Under the pieces are notes generated by a model. That model saw only the letters and a program-made list of their open reading frames with translations. It was not told the DNA's origin and did not search any database. A DNA stretch of 64,000 nucleotides, taken from positions 129,229 through 193,228 of the forward strand of contig JAOMRN010000001.1 in assembly GCA_028355015.1 (NCBI GenBank). The letters run 5' to 3'. Source of the stretch: Methanobacteriota archaeon. GTDB taxonomy: Archaea > Thermoplasmatota > Poseidoniia > Poseidoniales > Thalassarchaeaceae. Each line of letters opens with the position of its first letter. Position 1 is the first letter of the stretch. The position numbers and the translations under genes were made by a program. Positions 11,113-20,452 of this stretch are shown piece after piece.

Positions 11113-11809
11113 GTTTAACCTCTTTCAAGGTATGTCACCTCCGATGCACATGGGAGAAGAGTTGGTGCCAATATGGAAACAGTCTAAAATTCTCCACAAA
11201 GGTGCTGAGGCGGTAGTAATTTCAGGATATTGGATGGGTGCTAAGGCAGTATTAAAAATTCGTAATCCTCGTTCTTATCGCCATCCTGACTTAGATCGTA
11301 GGTTAACACGCCAGCGACTATCTGTAGAAGTCCGAGTATTGAAAAAACTCCATTCTTCAGAGTTATCTTGTCCTTCATTATTGGATGCAGATTTAGATAA
11401 AGGTTGGATTCTGTTAAGTCATATTGAAGGAGAAACCTTGTATGACTCATTAGCATCTGGTAGGTCAGGATTTGAAGAGATTAGAAAATTAGGTAAATTA
11501 ATACGTCAAATGCATAATTTAGGTCTATCTCATGGTGATCTGACAACTCATAATATTATGATTAATGATTCTAACTCTCTCTTTCTTATTGATTTTGGTC
11601 TTTCTAAAATCGCTCCTGAAATAGAACAGTTAGGGCTTGATTTACAGGTATTAAATGAATGCCTAAATGCAAGTCATCATGAGTTTGAAGACGCAATTGA
11701 TGTATTGGTCGATGGATATCTTTCATTTTCAGACACATTTTCGCCATCTGGAAAAGAAGTTATTGAAAGATTTAATTCTATTAGAGGTCGGGTGAGATAT
11801 CATGCCTAA
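11111..11809 (+). CDS. bud32: Bud32/PRPK-type atypical protein kinase (KEOPS component)
   Basis: 'GAEAVV...KIR..K.YRHP.LD..L...R...E.R.L' and 'HGDLTTHNIMI...LIDFGLS' are present. The start is uncertain: in-frame ATGs lie at 11111, 11132, 11144 and 11150, and the track start at 11039 overlaps nadA. Confidence 0.75.
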   Translation: MFNLFQGMSPPMHMGEELVPIWKQSKILHKGAEAVVISGYWMGAKAVLKIRNPRSYRHPDLDRRLTRQRLSVEVRVLKKLHSSELSCPSLLDADLDKGWILLSHIEGETLYDSLASGRSGFEEIRKLGKLIRQMHNLGLSHGDLTTHNIMINDSNSLFLIDFGLSKIAPEIEQLGLDLQVLNECLNASHHEFEDAIDVLVDGYLSFSDTFSPSGKEVIERFNSIRGRVRYHA

Positions 11810-12407
11810 TGAATTGAAAATTCTTTTTGCAACAAGCAATAAAAATAAGATTAAAGAAGCCAGAGTTGTATTACAGCCATTGGGTTATTCAGTTCAGCAA
11901 TTATTAATCAATGGTGCTCCTCCTGATTTCATAGAACCACAAACTGAAGATATTGGAATAATTTCCAAATCTAAAGTCAGGCAGTCTCTAGAAATGATTT
12001 CTGGAACAGAGTTCTCTGGTTTTTCAATTTTAGTTGAAGATTCAGGATTATTTATCAATAATCTAGGTGATTTCCCTGGTGTTTATTCATCATATATACA
12101 GAAAACTATAGGAAATGACGGCATTATCAAAATTCTAGAAGATAATAAGAATCGTCAAGCCGAATATCGTGCGTGCTCTATACTTTATCAAAATGGTAAA
12201 TACTTTGAATCATTAGGGATTTGTTCAGGTAAAATTTCTACTGAAATTCGAGGTTCCAATGGATTTGGTTTTGACCCAATTTTCATTCCTGATTCAGGAG
12301 ATGGCAGAACATTTGGGGAAATGTCACAGTCGGAAAAAGACTCTAAATCTCATCGTGGAAAATCTCTGAGAATTCTTTATGAAGAACTTAGGGGGCCGTC
12401 AGAGTGA
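11802..12407 (+). CDS. Non-canonical purine NTP pyrophosphatase (HAM1/RdgB/ITPase)
   Basis: 201 aa with 'ILFATSNKNKIKEA', 'GFGFDPIFIP' and 'SHRGKSL'. Confidence 0.85.
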   Translation: MPNELKILFATSNKNKIKEARVVLQPLGYSVQQLLINGAPPDFIEPQTEDIGIISKSKVRQSLEMISGTEFSGFSILVEDSGLFINNLGDFPGVYSSYIQKTIGNDGIIKILEDNKNRQAEYRACSILYQNGKYFESLGICSGKISTEIRGSNGFGFDPIFIPDSGDGRTFGEMSQSEKDSKSHRGKSLRILYEELRGPSE

Positions 12408-12438
12408 AGATAGGTAACCGGGTCGAAGGTACGATAGT

Positions 12439-13374
12439 ATGCCATCTATGATTAGAATGACTGGTTGGTTTTCCCTAATTTTAGGGCTCATATTTTTCTT
12501 CATAATTCAAGGGAAGTTAGAATTAGTATCTTCAGTCGCTATCGGTATAGTTCTTTTATCCATTCTTACTGTTTTGATGTTCACAGGTAATCAAAAGTTA
12601 GTGCCTCCTAGTATATCCGAAGAAGTATCTCCAAAGGCAACTGCAGAAGTAGTAAAAACTTTAGAAATATCTCAACCAATTAATGAGTTAGAAAGTATTA
12701 ATGAAAAAAGAGATGAAAAACTCAGAAGAAGCCGTAGAAGAGCGAAAGATCCACCAATGCCACTACCTGCAATCCCTCCATTACCTGCTAATGATTTACC
12801 TTCTTCAATGAAAATGCCTCCCCCTCCAAGTATTGGTGCTCAAGCAGTAGCCGGTACAAAATTAGCTGAAAAATTAGTTATTACATCTGATGCTCAATCA
12901 GAAATGGAATCTGAAATAGAAGCATTTGTAGATCAACGTAGGTCAAGGCAGGCTGAAATTCGCTCTTCTTTAGAGAGAAAGCGAAGAATGGCGCTAGCAG
13001 AAAGGAGGGCTGCAAAGGCTCGTTTATGGACTGAAGTCGAAGATGGTGAAGATTTAGCTACTCTCCTAAATGATCCAAATCATGGTTTGACAATTATTGA
13101 AGAACCAGAAACTTCTGATGGCAGTAAACCACTCGGCGTTTCATATATTCGAATAGATAATATCAGAATACTGAAAATAAAAATACCTTTAGAAGTTGAG
13201 AATAAAGACAAACAAAGAAATAATTTAGATGTAATATCAGAATCTCCTGAAATTCCAAATATGCCCCCTCCTCCTGGGCTACCACCTATGCCTCCACCCC
13301 CTGGAATGCCACCTATGCCTCCACCCCCTGGAATGCCACCTATGCCTCCACCAATGGAAAAGAATCCTGAGTGA
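12439..13374 (+). CDS. Membrane-anchored proline-rich repeat protein
   Basis: 311 aa. Two N-terminal TM helices are followed by a charged coiled segment and a C-terminal PPPPG(L/M)PPMPPPPGMPPMPPPPGMPPMPPP tract. Confidence 0.6.
   Translation: MPSMIRMTGWFSLILGLIFFFIIQGKLELVSSVAIGIVLLSILTVLMFTGNQKLVPPSISEEVSPKATAEVVKTLEISQPINELESINEKRDEKLRRSRRRAKDPPMPLPAIPPLPANDLPSSMKMPPPPSIGAQAVAGTKLAEKLVITSDAQSEMESEIEAFVDQRRSRQAEIRSSLERKRRMALAERRAAKARLWTEVEDGEDLATLLNDPNHGLTIIEEPETSDGSKPLGVSYIRIDNIRILKIKIPLEVENKDKQRNNLDVISESPEIPNMPPPPGLPPMPPPPGMPPMPPPPGMPPMPPPMEKNPE
13282..13353 (+). repeat. Exact 27-bp tandem repeat (about 2.7 copies) encoding the PPMPPPPGM units
   Basis: 'ccacctatgcctccaccccctggaatg' occurs at 13282-13308 and again at 13309-13335. 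A partial third copy runs to 13353. Confidence 0.9.
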
Positions 13375-14252
13375 CATTACCGTATGTTCAAACATCAAAC
13401 ATCTTTCGAAGATACATGAATGAAGATGTAATGTTAGTTGAAAACATAGAAGTTGAGGGTACTTATCCTGAAGGTGGTTTGATTTCAGTTTGGACTTTGA
13501 ATCGTCCAGATAAACTTAATTCATTGAATTCAGAATCTCATGTCGCTCTCAAAGAGGCTTGTAGTATGGCCGAATCAAATGATTTAATCAGAGTTATTGT
13601 AATTCGTGGTGCTCCTCCCAAATTTCCACCTGAAGGGAAAAGGCCGAAACCAGTATCCTTTGCCGCAGGAGCAGATATTTCTGAATTTCTAGGTAAAAAT
13701 TCAGATGATGTAAGGGATTTTTTTGAGGATAATGCATGGGAGCGAGTTTGGAATCTTACCAAACCAACTATTGCGATGGTTGATGGTTTTGCTCTAGGTG
13801 GTGGTGCCGAGTTAGCACTTTCTTGTGACTTAAGGATCGCTTCAGATAGAGCTAAATTTGGTACGCCTGAAATTAATTTAGGGTTAATTCCAGGAGGTGG
13901 TGGTACACAAAGGCTATGCCGTCTTATTGGTTATGGTAAGGCCTTAGAGATGGTTTTGACCGGTGAGATGATTAATTCAGAAACAGCATTATCATGTGGG
14001 CTGGTCAATGCAGTTACAACTCCTGAAGAGCTTGAAAATATCGCTATGTCATTAGCAGAAAATATCGCGAAAAAGTCCCCATATACAACTAGGGTGGCTA
14101 AACGAGCAGTGCGCGCTTCCCTCGATTTATCTTTTACAGATGGGGTACTAGCAGAAAGATCAGAATTCGTGGCATTATTTGATACTGAAGATAAAGAAAT
14201 AGGTGTTCGGGCATTTCTAGAACGAAATGATGCAAAATGGGTTGGTCGATGA
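13371..14252 (+). CDS. Enoyl-CoA hydratase/isomerase (crotonase) family
   Basis: 293 aa with the 'FAAGADISEF' oxyanion loop and 'VDGFALGGGAELALSCDLRIAS'. Confidence 0.85.
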   Translation: MTLPYVQTSNIFRRYMNEDVMLVENIEVEGTYPEGGLISVWTLNRPDKLNSLNSESHVALKEACSMAESNDLIRVIVIRGAPPKFPPEGKRPKPVSFAAGADISEFLGKNSDDVRDFFEDNAWERVWNLTKPTIAMVDGFALGGGAELALSCDLRIASDRAKFGTPEINLGLIPGGGGTQRLCRLIGYGKALEMVLTGEMINSETALSCGLVNAVTTPEELENIAMSLAENIAKKSPYTTRVAKRAVRASLDLSFTDGVLAERSEFVALFDTEDKEIGVRAFLERNDAKWVGR

Positions 14253-14273
14253 TTAATTGTATTCTCTAAAACA

Positions 14274-15692
14274 CTACATTTGAATTGACTTAATCTCTAA
14301 GAATTCATCAAGCCCATGAGTCCCTAGTTCCCTTCCATTCCCTGATAATTTGTATCCCCCAAATGGAGCACTCACATTAAACGCCCCGCCATTTATGCTA
14401 ACCTGCCCAGTCCTCATCTTTTTCGCAAATTCGATTGCTCTTTCATTACTAGCTGACCATACTCCTCCCGATAACCCATATATTGAGTCATTAGCCAAGG
14501 ATAGTGCTTCACTTTCATTTTTATAAGTTGTAATAACTAGAACAGGGCCAAAAATCTCTTCTTTCCATATCCTCATATTTGGTGTTACATTTGCAAAAAT
14601 AGTCGGTTTTACATAGAATCCTTTGTCAACTCCATCAGGCATCCCCAATCCTCCTGAAATTAATGTAGCTCCTTCATTAATTCCTGACTGTATATACTCG
14701 GTGACACTAGACTGCTGTCTTGAACTAACCATCGGTCCACATCTTGTAGTCTCATCTAACGGATTTCCTACTAAGTATGAATCATTTTTTGCAGCAATAA
14801 TTTCGCAAATTTGTTCATTCATTTCTTCAGGAATTATTAATCTAGTTAGTGCCGAACAGGTCTGCCCGCTATTTTGATGACACGCCCCAATTGCTTTTTT
14901 AGCTACTAATATAGGGTCTGAGTCATCTAATGCTACATTAGCACTTTTGCCGCCCAATTCTAATGTCACTCTCTTTATTGTAGGTGCAGCAGATTGACTT
15001 ACTGATACTCCTGCTCCTGTAGATCCAGTAAATGAAACCATATCTACATCAGGATGACTTGACATATAGTTGCCAATTTCTGAACCATGTCCTGAAACTA
15101 AATTAAATACTCCAGCAGGTAAACCTATCTCGTCAAGAATATCTGCTAGTATAAATGCACTAAGAGGTGCCTCTTTTGAAGGCTTTAGTATCATTGTACA
15201 ACCTGCTGCTATAGCAGGTGCAACTTTTCCGATAATTTGGTGTAAGGGGAAGTTCCAAGGAGTAATAAAAGCACATACACCTACAGGTTCTTTGCAAATT
15301 AATGAGTTTCTTACTTCTTCTTCCCATGAAAAACTTTCAAGAATTTTCGCATAACTTCTTGAAACTACTCTTGGAGTCCCTACCATGGCCACTCTTGAGT
15401 AACCAATTGGTGTTCCAACTTCTGCGGTAATAGTTTGTGCTAATTCTTCTCCTCTTTCCTTGAAGGCGTTAGAAAGTGCATTTAGTACATCTATACGTTG
15501 ACTAATATCACTTTTCGACCATGTCTCAAATGCAGATCTTGCAGCCGCTACCGCTTTGTCTACATCTTCAGAAGAACCAACAGGTACTTTGCCGATTATT
15601 TCTTCAGTAGCGGGATTGATTACATCTATACTTCCTTTTCTTGTAGTGTCTACCCATTTTCCATCGATATACAACTGGTCTCGTACGTGCAT
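14274..15692 (-). CDS. NAD(P)-dependent aldehyde dehydrogenase
   Basis: 472 aa with 'FTGSTGAG', 'LELGGKSA' and the catalytic Cys context 'QNSGQTCSA'. Confidence 0.9.
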   Translation of the reverse strand: MHVRDQLYIDGKWVDTTRKGSIDVINPATEEIIGKVPVGSSEDVDKAVAAARSAFETWSKSDISQRIDVLNALSNAFKERGEELAQTITAEVGTPIGYSRVAMVGTPRVVSRSYAKILESFSWEEEVRNSLICKEPVGVCAFITPWNFPLHQIIGKVAPAIAAGCTMILKPSKEAPLSAFILADILDEIGLPAGVFNLVSGHGSEIGNYMSSHPDVDMVSFTGSTGAGVSVSQSAAPTIKRVTLELGGKSANVALDDSDPILVAKKAIGACHQNSGQTCSALTRLIIPEEMNEQICEIIAAKNDSYLVGNPLDETTRCGPMVSSRQQSSVTEYIQSGINEGATLISGGLGMPDGVDKGFYVKPTIFANVTPNMRIWKEEIFGPVLVITTYKNESEALSLANDSIYGLSGGVWSASNERAIEFAKKMRTGQVSINGGAFNVSAPFGGYKLSGNGRELGTHGLDEFLEIKSIQM

Positions 15693-15760
15693 GTACTTGG
15701 CGAGGAGTATCTACTTTAGATATTCACGCAGTCTAATAGTAGGGGCCTACTCCGATAATC

Positions 15761-16549
15761 ATGACTATTACAGTCGAACATTTACCAAATAGCGTTGCTT
15801 TGGTCACTTTATCAGCCGAAGCATCAAGAAATGCCTTTTCTCTTGATTCTATGGAATTAATGTCAGAAATATTTGATGATTTATTAGGGAATCCCTCTAT
15901 TAGGTCGATAGTAATGACGGGGACGGGTCGTTTTTTCTGTTCAGGAGCAGATATTGAATCCTTCGCCTCTGCAATAGACGATGGAACGATAGGGGAAATG
16001 GTTAGTGGTTTGACTTCAATATTACATCCCATGCAATTAAAAATTCGCTCATCTGAAAAAGTGTTCGTAGTTGCAATAAATGGCTCAGCTGCTGGTGGTG
16101 GATTAGGATTGGCTTTGTGTGCGGATTATCGCGTATGTGTCCCTAAGGCAAAGTTAGCAGCGGCCTTTTTCTCCTTGGGATTATCTCCTGATGGTGGAAC
16201 TACTTGGTTACTGCCTAGGCTTGTAGGTGTCCAAAGAGCTAAATGTTTCTTTTTTAACAATGAAACATGGAGTGGCGAAAAGGCGTTCCATTATGGTGCA
16301 GTTGATGAGTTAGCCGAGCAAGAAAATCTTCTTGAGAGAGCGATTAGTATTGCTGAAAGTTGGGGGAGATGGTCTGAATCTAGTCGTCGCTCAACAAAGC
16401 AACTGATAGATGCTTCAACTTCAACTTTCATGGAAACTCAACTTGAATTTGAGAAATTACTCATTACTAATTCTTCACTGACCTCAGATTTTGCAGAGGG
16501 TGTTTCAGCATTTCTCGAGAAGAGAGATCCGAAGTTTGGCGAAGAATAG
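15761..16549 (+). CDS. Enoyl-CoA hydratase/isomerase family
   Basis: 262 aa with 'FCSGADIESF' and 'INGSAAGGGLGLALCADYRV'. Confidence 0.8.
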   Translation: MTITVEHLPNSVALVTLSAEASRNAFSLDSMELMSEIFDDLLGNPSIRSIVMTGTGRFFCSGADIESFASAIDDGTIGEMVSGLTSILHPMQLKIRSSEKVFVVAINGSAAGGGLGLALCADYRVCVPKAKLAAAFFSLGLSPDGGTTWLLPRLVGVQRAKCFFFNNETWSGEKAFHYGAVDELAEQENLLERAISIAESWGRWSESSRRSTKQLIDASTSTFMETQLEFEKLLITNSSLTSDFAEGVSAFLEKRDPKFGEE

Positions 16550-16556
16550 ATTACTA

Positions 16557-16829
16557 TTATGACTCTCGTTCCCTTAGTCGAATTACGCCTATTATCACTG
16601 ACAATATGCATGCCAATGCTGCTAGATTTGATATAATTATTGCTACGGACATAATCATTAAACCATAAATTAGCCAAAGTAACAAAGCAGTACATATTAA
16701 GTGTAAAGTTGATAATGATATGCCTTCATGTTTTTCTGTAATCCACACCTCTTTTAATTGAGGAATCCAAGCTAATACTCCAAGAGTCCCTGCAATAATT
16801 CCAATTGATTCGATGAATAAGCCGACCAT
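16557..16829 (-). CDS. PQ-loop / SemiSWEET-like 3-TM protein
   Basis: 90 aa with three hydrophobic helices and a 'WIPQLKEVW' PQ motif after TM1. Confidence 0.55.
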   Translation of the reverse strand: MVGLFIESIGIIAGTLGVLAWIPQLKEVWITEKHEGISLSTLHLICTALLLWLIYGLMIMSVAIIISNLAALACILSVIIGVIRLRERES

Positions 16830-16838
16830 ATTAAAACC

Positions 16839-17729
16839 TCATTCAGGTAAATCATTTCTTTCTTCTTTCCCATTTTCCGTCCAATTATATATTCCCTTGT
16901 TAGTTTTTTTCCCTAGACTACCTTCAGATACTAAAGAATCTAATAATCGATGAGGGCGATATGAATTGTCATCGAAAGAATCTGCAAGTCCGTTAAGAAT
17001 ATCTCTTCTCACATCTAATCCCACTAAATCAGAAAGTTCCAAAGGTCCCATTGGATGTTTATAGCCCAATCTCATAGCAGTATCAATATCGCTCGCTGAG
17101 GCTACTCCTTCTGCCAGCATTCTAATAGCTTCATTTCCAAGGACTACTCCCAATCTACTTGTTGCAAATCCTGGTACATCTTTTACCAGAATTGTCTCTT
17201 TTCCCATAATTTTTCCAATTGATTGAGCCGCTACAATTGTTTTATCTGAACATTTCTCATGTTTAACTAGTTCAAGAAGTTTCATAATAGGTACTGGATT
17301 AAAAAAGTGCATCCCTATTACTCTCTCGGGACATTTTGTGACACTTGCAATAATTGATATTGGTATGCTGGAGGTATTTGTGGCAAGTATTGCGTGTTTA
17401 GGTGCAATTTTTTCTAATTGAATAAAAAGTTCTTTTTTTAATTCCATAATTTCAGGAACTGCTTCAATAACTAAATCAACTCCTTCCACAGCTTCTGATA
17501 AATCGTTATACTCTTTCAGATTCTTACTCCATTTCTCTTTATTTTCTACAGTTGTTTTTCCTTTTTCAATACCCTTATTCCAAAACAAGTTAATATTATT
17601 CATTCCTTTCTGTAAACTCTCGGGAAAAGCATCAAATAATCTTGTTTCCCAACCGCTCTGAGCGCAAACTTGGGCAATTCCTGAACCCATTGTTCCTGCA
17701 CCAATGACCGCAACCGTACGTACTTGCAT
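16839..17729 (-). CDS. 3-hydroxyacyl-CoA (3-hydroxybutyryl-CoA) dehydrogenase
   Basis: 296 aa. It has the N-terminal Rossmann loop 'VAVIGAGTMGSGIA', plus 'NTSS' and 'HFFNPVP'. Confidence 0.85.
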   Translation of the reverse strand: MQVRTVAVIGAGTMGSGIAQVCAQSGWETRLFDAFPESLQKGMNNINLFWNKGIEKGKTTVENKEKWSKNLKEYNDLSEAVEGVDLVIEAVPEIMELKKELFIQLEKIAPKHAILATNTSSIPISIIASVTKCPERVIGMHFFNPVPIMKLLELVKHEKCSDKTIVAAQSIGKIMGKETILVKDVPGFATSRLGVVLGNEAIRMLAEGVASASDIDTAMRLGYKHPMGPLELSDLVGLDVRRDILNGLADSFDDNSYRPHRLLDSLVSEGSLGKKTNKGIYNWTENGKEERNDLPE

Positions 17730-17764
17730 GGTTGGTCGTTATGGCTTTAGGCAATAGGCCTTGC

Positions 17765-18328
17765 TCATTCTTCTCTTCCATATGCTGCAAGAGCTGACTG
17801 AAATAGTCGTTGTCTTGGGACATCATGTTCTAAGAAACAAGTAAATGGCGCAACATCTTTCAATAATTCAATTGCACTTACATATGCTCCATAGATAAAA
17901 GGATCAGCAGATTCTGTAGATGGGATAATAATACCTAACTTTTCTAGACCTTTACGTGTATCTTCATCCCATATTGCATAGGTGTGATGTGTGAAATGAA
18001 GATATGATGAGAGCCTCTTAATATCAGACCTAGGTTTTTCAGTAAAACTATCTAATAATAGTGTATCGGGATATCTAATTGCGTACAATGCCAACTTTAC
18101 TTCTCTAGTAGTTTCTTCTCTCCACTCTCTCGGTCCAGAACCCATCCATTCATCAATCATATCTAGCATATTATTATCATATGGTCTCCTAACCATGTAT
18201 AGTAACTTTTCATATTCTTCTGGTTTTTGTTGTTCTGAATGATGATGTTTGTAAAATAGTTCAGTCAGTCTATCAAAGAAGGGTTTACATCTTTCTTTAT
18301 CAAAAGCTAATAGTGCGACATGTTGCAT
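17765..18328 (-). CDS. Hypothetical protein, likely partner of the upstream di-iron oxygenase
   Basis: 187-aa ORF 16 nt downstream of 18345-19487 on the same strand. No motif recognised. Confidence 0.4.
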   Translation of the reverse strand: MQHVALLAFDKERCKPFFDRLTELFYKHHHSEQQKPEEYEKLLYMVRRPYDNNMLDMIDEWMGSGPREWREETTREVKLALYAIRYPDTLLLDSFTEKPRSDIKRLSSYLHFTHHTYAIWDEDTRKGLEKLGIIIPSTESADPFIYGAYVSAIELLKDVAPFTCFLEHDVPRQRLFQSALAAYGREE

Positions 18329-18344
18329 ATAATCACCTTAATTT

Positions 18345-19487
18345 TCAGTTTCCTTTCCATTCACGGTACTGAATCCAATCTTGTTTCATATATTCATTCA
18401 TTAATTTATCTTCATCTTCTTCAGTAGGTAATACACTCACTAAGTAATCTTGATATTCTTGATCGGTACCTTCAAATTTTTCGCCCCTTATGGTATAGTT
18501 TTTTCCAGCATAATTACCGATTCCTCTATTGAATTTGTCCGATGGAATAAATAATTCAGGTTCACCCTCCTTTCTTGCACTACTAATTCTCCTCATTTCT
18601 TCGCGGAGTTCTTGGAAATATAAATCCCTACTTGCTTCATTAAGATGGCCTCTGTCTGCCTCAACATCACTTTCTCTTTCGTCATATCTACCTTTTACTC
18701 CGTAAACATAAGCCCATTGTGCACTTGTAGAATCATCGGTTCCAAACAAATCTAATCCGGTACTGATCCATTTGTTTAGATATTTTTGAAGTAATTCGCA
18801 GGGTATTACCCCTTGTTTGACGATTCTTCTAAGACCATTTGCTCCGGTTCCAAGATGGAATGATTCTTCTTTTAGCATTGGCCCCATTGAAGCAGCTAGA
18901 GGTTTGAATGATGAAGTACTAAGCATTTTCAATTGATATTTCCCATCTCGGTCGATGAAATGCGTAAAGCAAAAGAAATCTAGCCAGTGGTCAATTGGTG
19001 CATTAAATGAGCCTAAAATACGAGTGCCATCTTGTGCATTTCTTTCCAGTAATTTAGCAGCCTCTCTTACACCTTGCTCTCCGAAATATGTGCAAAGAAG
19101 GTATGCCATTTGCCAACCGTGTCTTTGTTCTTCGCACATTATCCTCATGGCAGATTTCTTGTCATATTCGGTAGGGGCGGTTGCTAAGAGATGATTTTGT
19201 TGCTCAACACTAGCGAATTCAGTATCTCCTTGTACACTGACCATGCTGATAATCGCATCTCTAATATTTTGTTGAGGTATTTGCATTCTTCTTTCCCATT
19301 TGGGCATTCCTTTGAAATCTCCAAATTCTATTTGGCTTCCTGCAGTGTCCCAATCGAACTTTATGTCGAATCTATAATCACCTAACCAGGATGGATCAAA
19401 TCCAATTCTGGTTTGCCACTCATTGAAATCTTTTATCCAAGCCTCAAAGTTTGGTGTATATCCTTCTACTATTTCGGTATCTGACAT
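18345..19487 (-). CDS. Ferritin-like di-iron oxygenase of the PaaA/BoxB (acyl-CoA-thioester oxygenase) type
   Basis: 380 aa with two E..EExxH-type iron-ligand motifs, 'MCEEQRHGW' and 'MLKEESFHLG', at ferritin-like spacing. The family assignment rests on motif recall only. Confidence 0.5.
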   Translation of the reverse strand: MSDTEIVEGYTPNFEAWIKDFNEWQTRIGFDPSWLGDYRFDIKFDWDTAGSQIEFGDFKGMPKWERRMQIPQQNIRDAIISMVSVQGDTEFASVEQQNHLLATAPTEYDKKSAMRIMCEEQRHGWQMAYLLCTYFGEQGVREAAKLLERNAQDGTRILGSFNAPIDHWLDFFCFTHFIDRDGKYQLKMLSTSSFKPLAASMGPMLKEESFHLGTGANGLRRIVKQGVIPCELLQKYLNKWISTGLDLFGTDDSTSAQWAYVYGVKGRYDERESDVEADRGHLNEASRDLYFQELREEMRRISSARKEGEPELFIPSDKFNRGIGNYAGKNYTIRGEKFEGTDQEYQDYLVSVLPTEEDEDKLMNEYMKQDWIQYREWKGN

Positions 19488-19541
19488 GTAATTGCCGAAT
19501 CGATATTAGTATATGAATAAATGTACAATTAGCATAGAGTA

Positions 19542-20402
19542 TTATTTGCCTTTGAATCTCGGTGTGCGGCGTTCAACGTAAGATGCAATACCCTCTTTAG
19601 CATCTTCAGATTGAAACAAATCTGATTGTAACTCTCGTTCTAGAGCTAGATGATATTCTAATGGTATTTCAATACCACTTTGTACACTGCGCTTAATATT
19701 TCCAATTGCTTTAGCGGCTGCGAGTGGAAGAGTAAACTGACCAGCATAATCAATAATATCCATTCTGAATTCATCTAAACTTACACTGTCGTAAATATCG
19801 TGGATAAGGTCCATCTCTCTAGCTTCTTCAAAAGAAAATTTCCGGCCGGTAACCATGATTTCCATAGCTCTTGCTTTCCCAACGAGTCGTGCTAGACGAG
19901 CAGTCCCTCCAGTACCTGCCAATACTCCTAAGGATACTTCTGGTAATCCAATCTGGAAGTTACCCTTGTGTGCAATTCTGATGTCAGCTGCCATTGCAAT
20001 TTCAAGTCCTCCTCCTACAGTATGTCCATTTAGAGCCGCAATTACCAATTTAGGGGTTTGTTCAAGACGAGATAGAGTTTCGTTAGCATGTAAGCAAAAG
20101 AAGTATTTGTATCTTGGAGAGAGTGTGTTTAGATAATTGATGCTAGCCCCCGCTGAAAAGAATTTTCCACCATGTCCAGTTAGTAAAATCACTGAAACAT
20201 CTCCGTCAAACCTCGCATTAAGTATTGCATGATCGATATCTTGCCACATTTCACGCGTGTAGGTATTTACCGAGGTTCTTCCTTCTTCTAGCGGTTTTCC
20301 ATCGGTATCTGAAATAAGCTCGATGATAGCAATACCGTTTTCGGTAACGCCATAATTCACTAGATTGTTGGGCATTGGCTCAAGGTCTGGCCATGAAGTC
20401 AT
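19542..20402 (-). CDS. Enoyl-CoA hydratase/isomerase family
   Basis: 286 aa with 'FFSAGASINYL' and 'LNGHTVGGGLEIAMAADIRIA'. Confidence 0.8.
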   Translation of the reverse strand: MTSWPDLEPMPNNLVNYGVTENGIAIIELISDTDGKPLEEGRTSVNTYTREMWQDIDHAILNARFDGDVSVILLTGHGGKFFSAGASINYLNTLSPRYKYFFCLHANETLSRLEQTPKLVIAALNGHTVGGGLEIAMAADIRIAHKGNFQIGLPEVSLGVLAGTGGTARLARLVGKARAMEIMVTGRKFSFEEAREMDLIHDIYDSVSLDEFRMDIIDYAGQFTLPLAAAKAIGNIKRSVQSGIEIPLEYHLALERELQSDLFQSEDAKEGIASYVERRTPRFKGK

Positions 20403-20452
20403 GTGACTCGCACTAACAATCCGTTAATGAAAGAAACGGAATAACTCTAATG

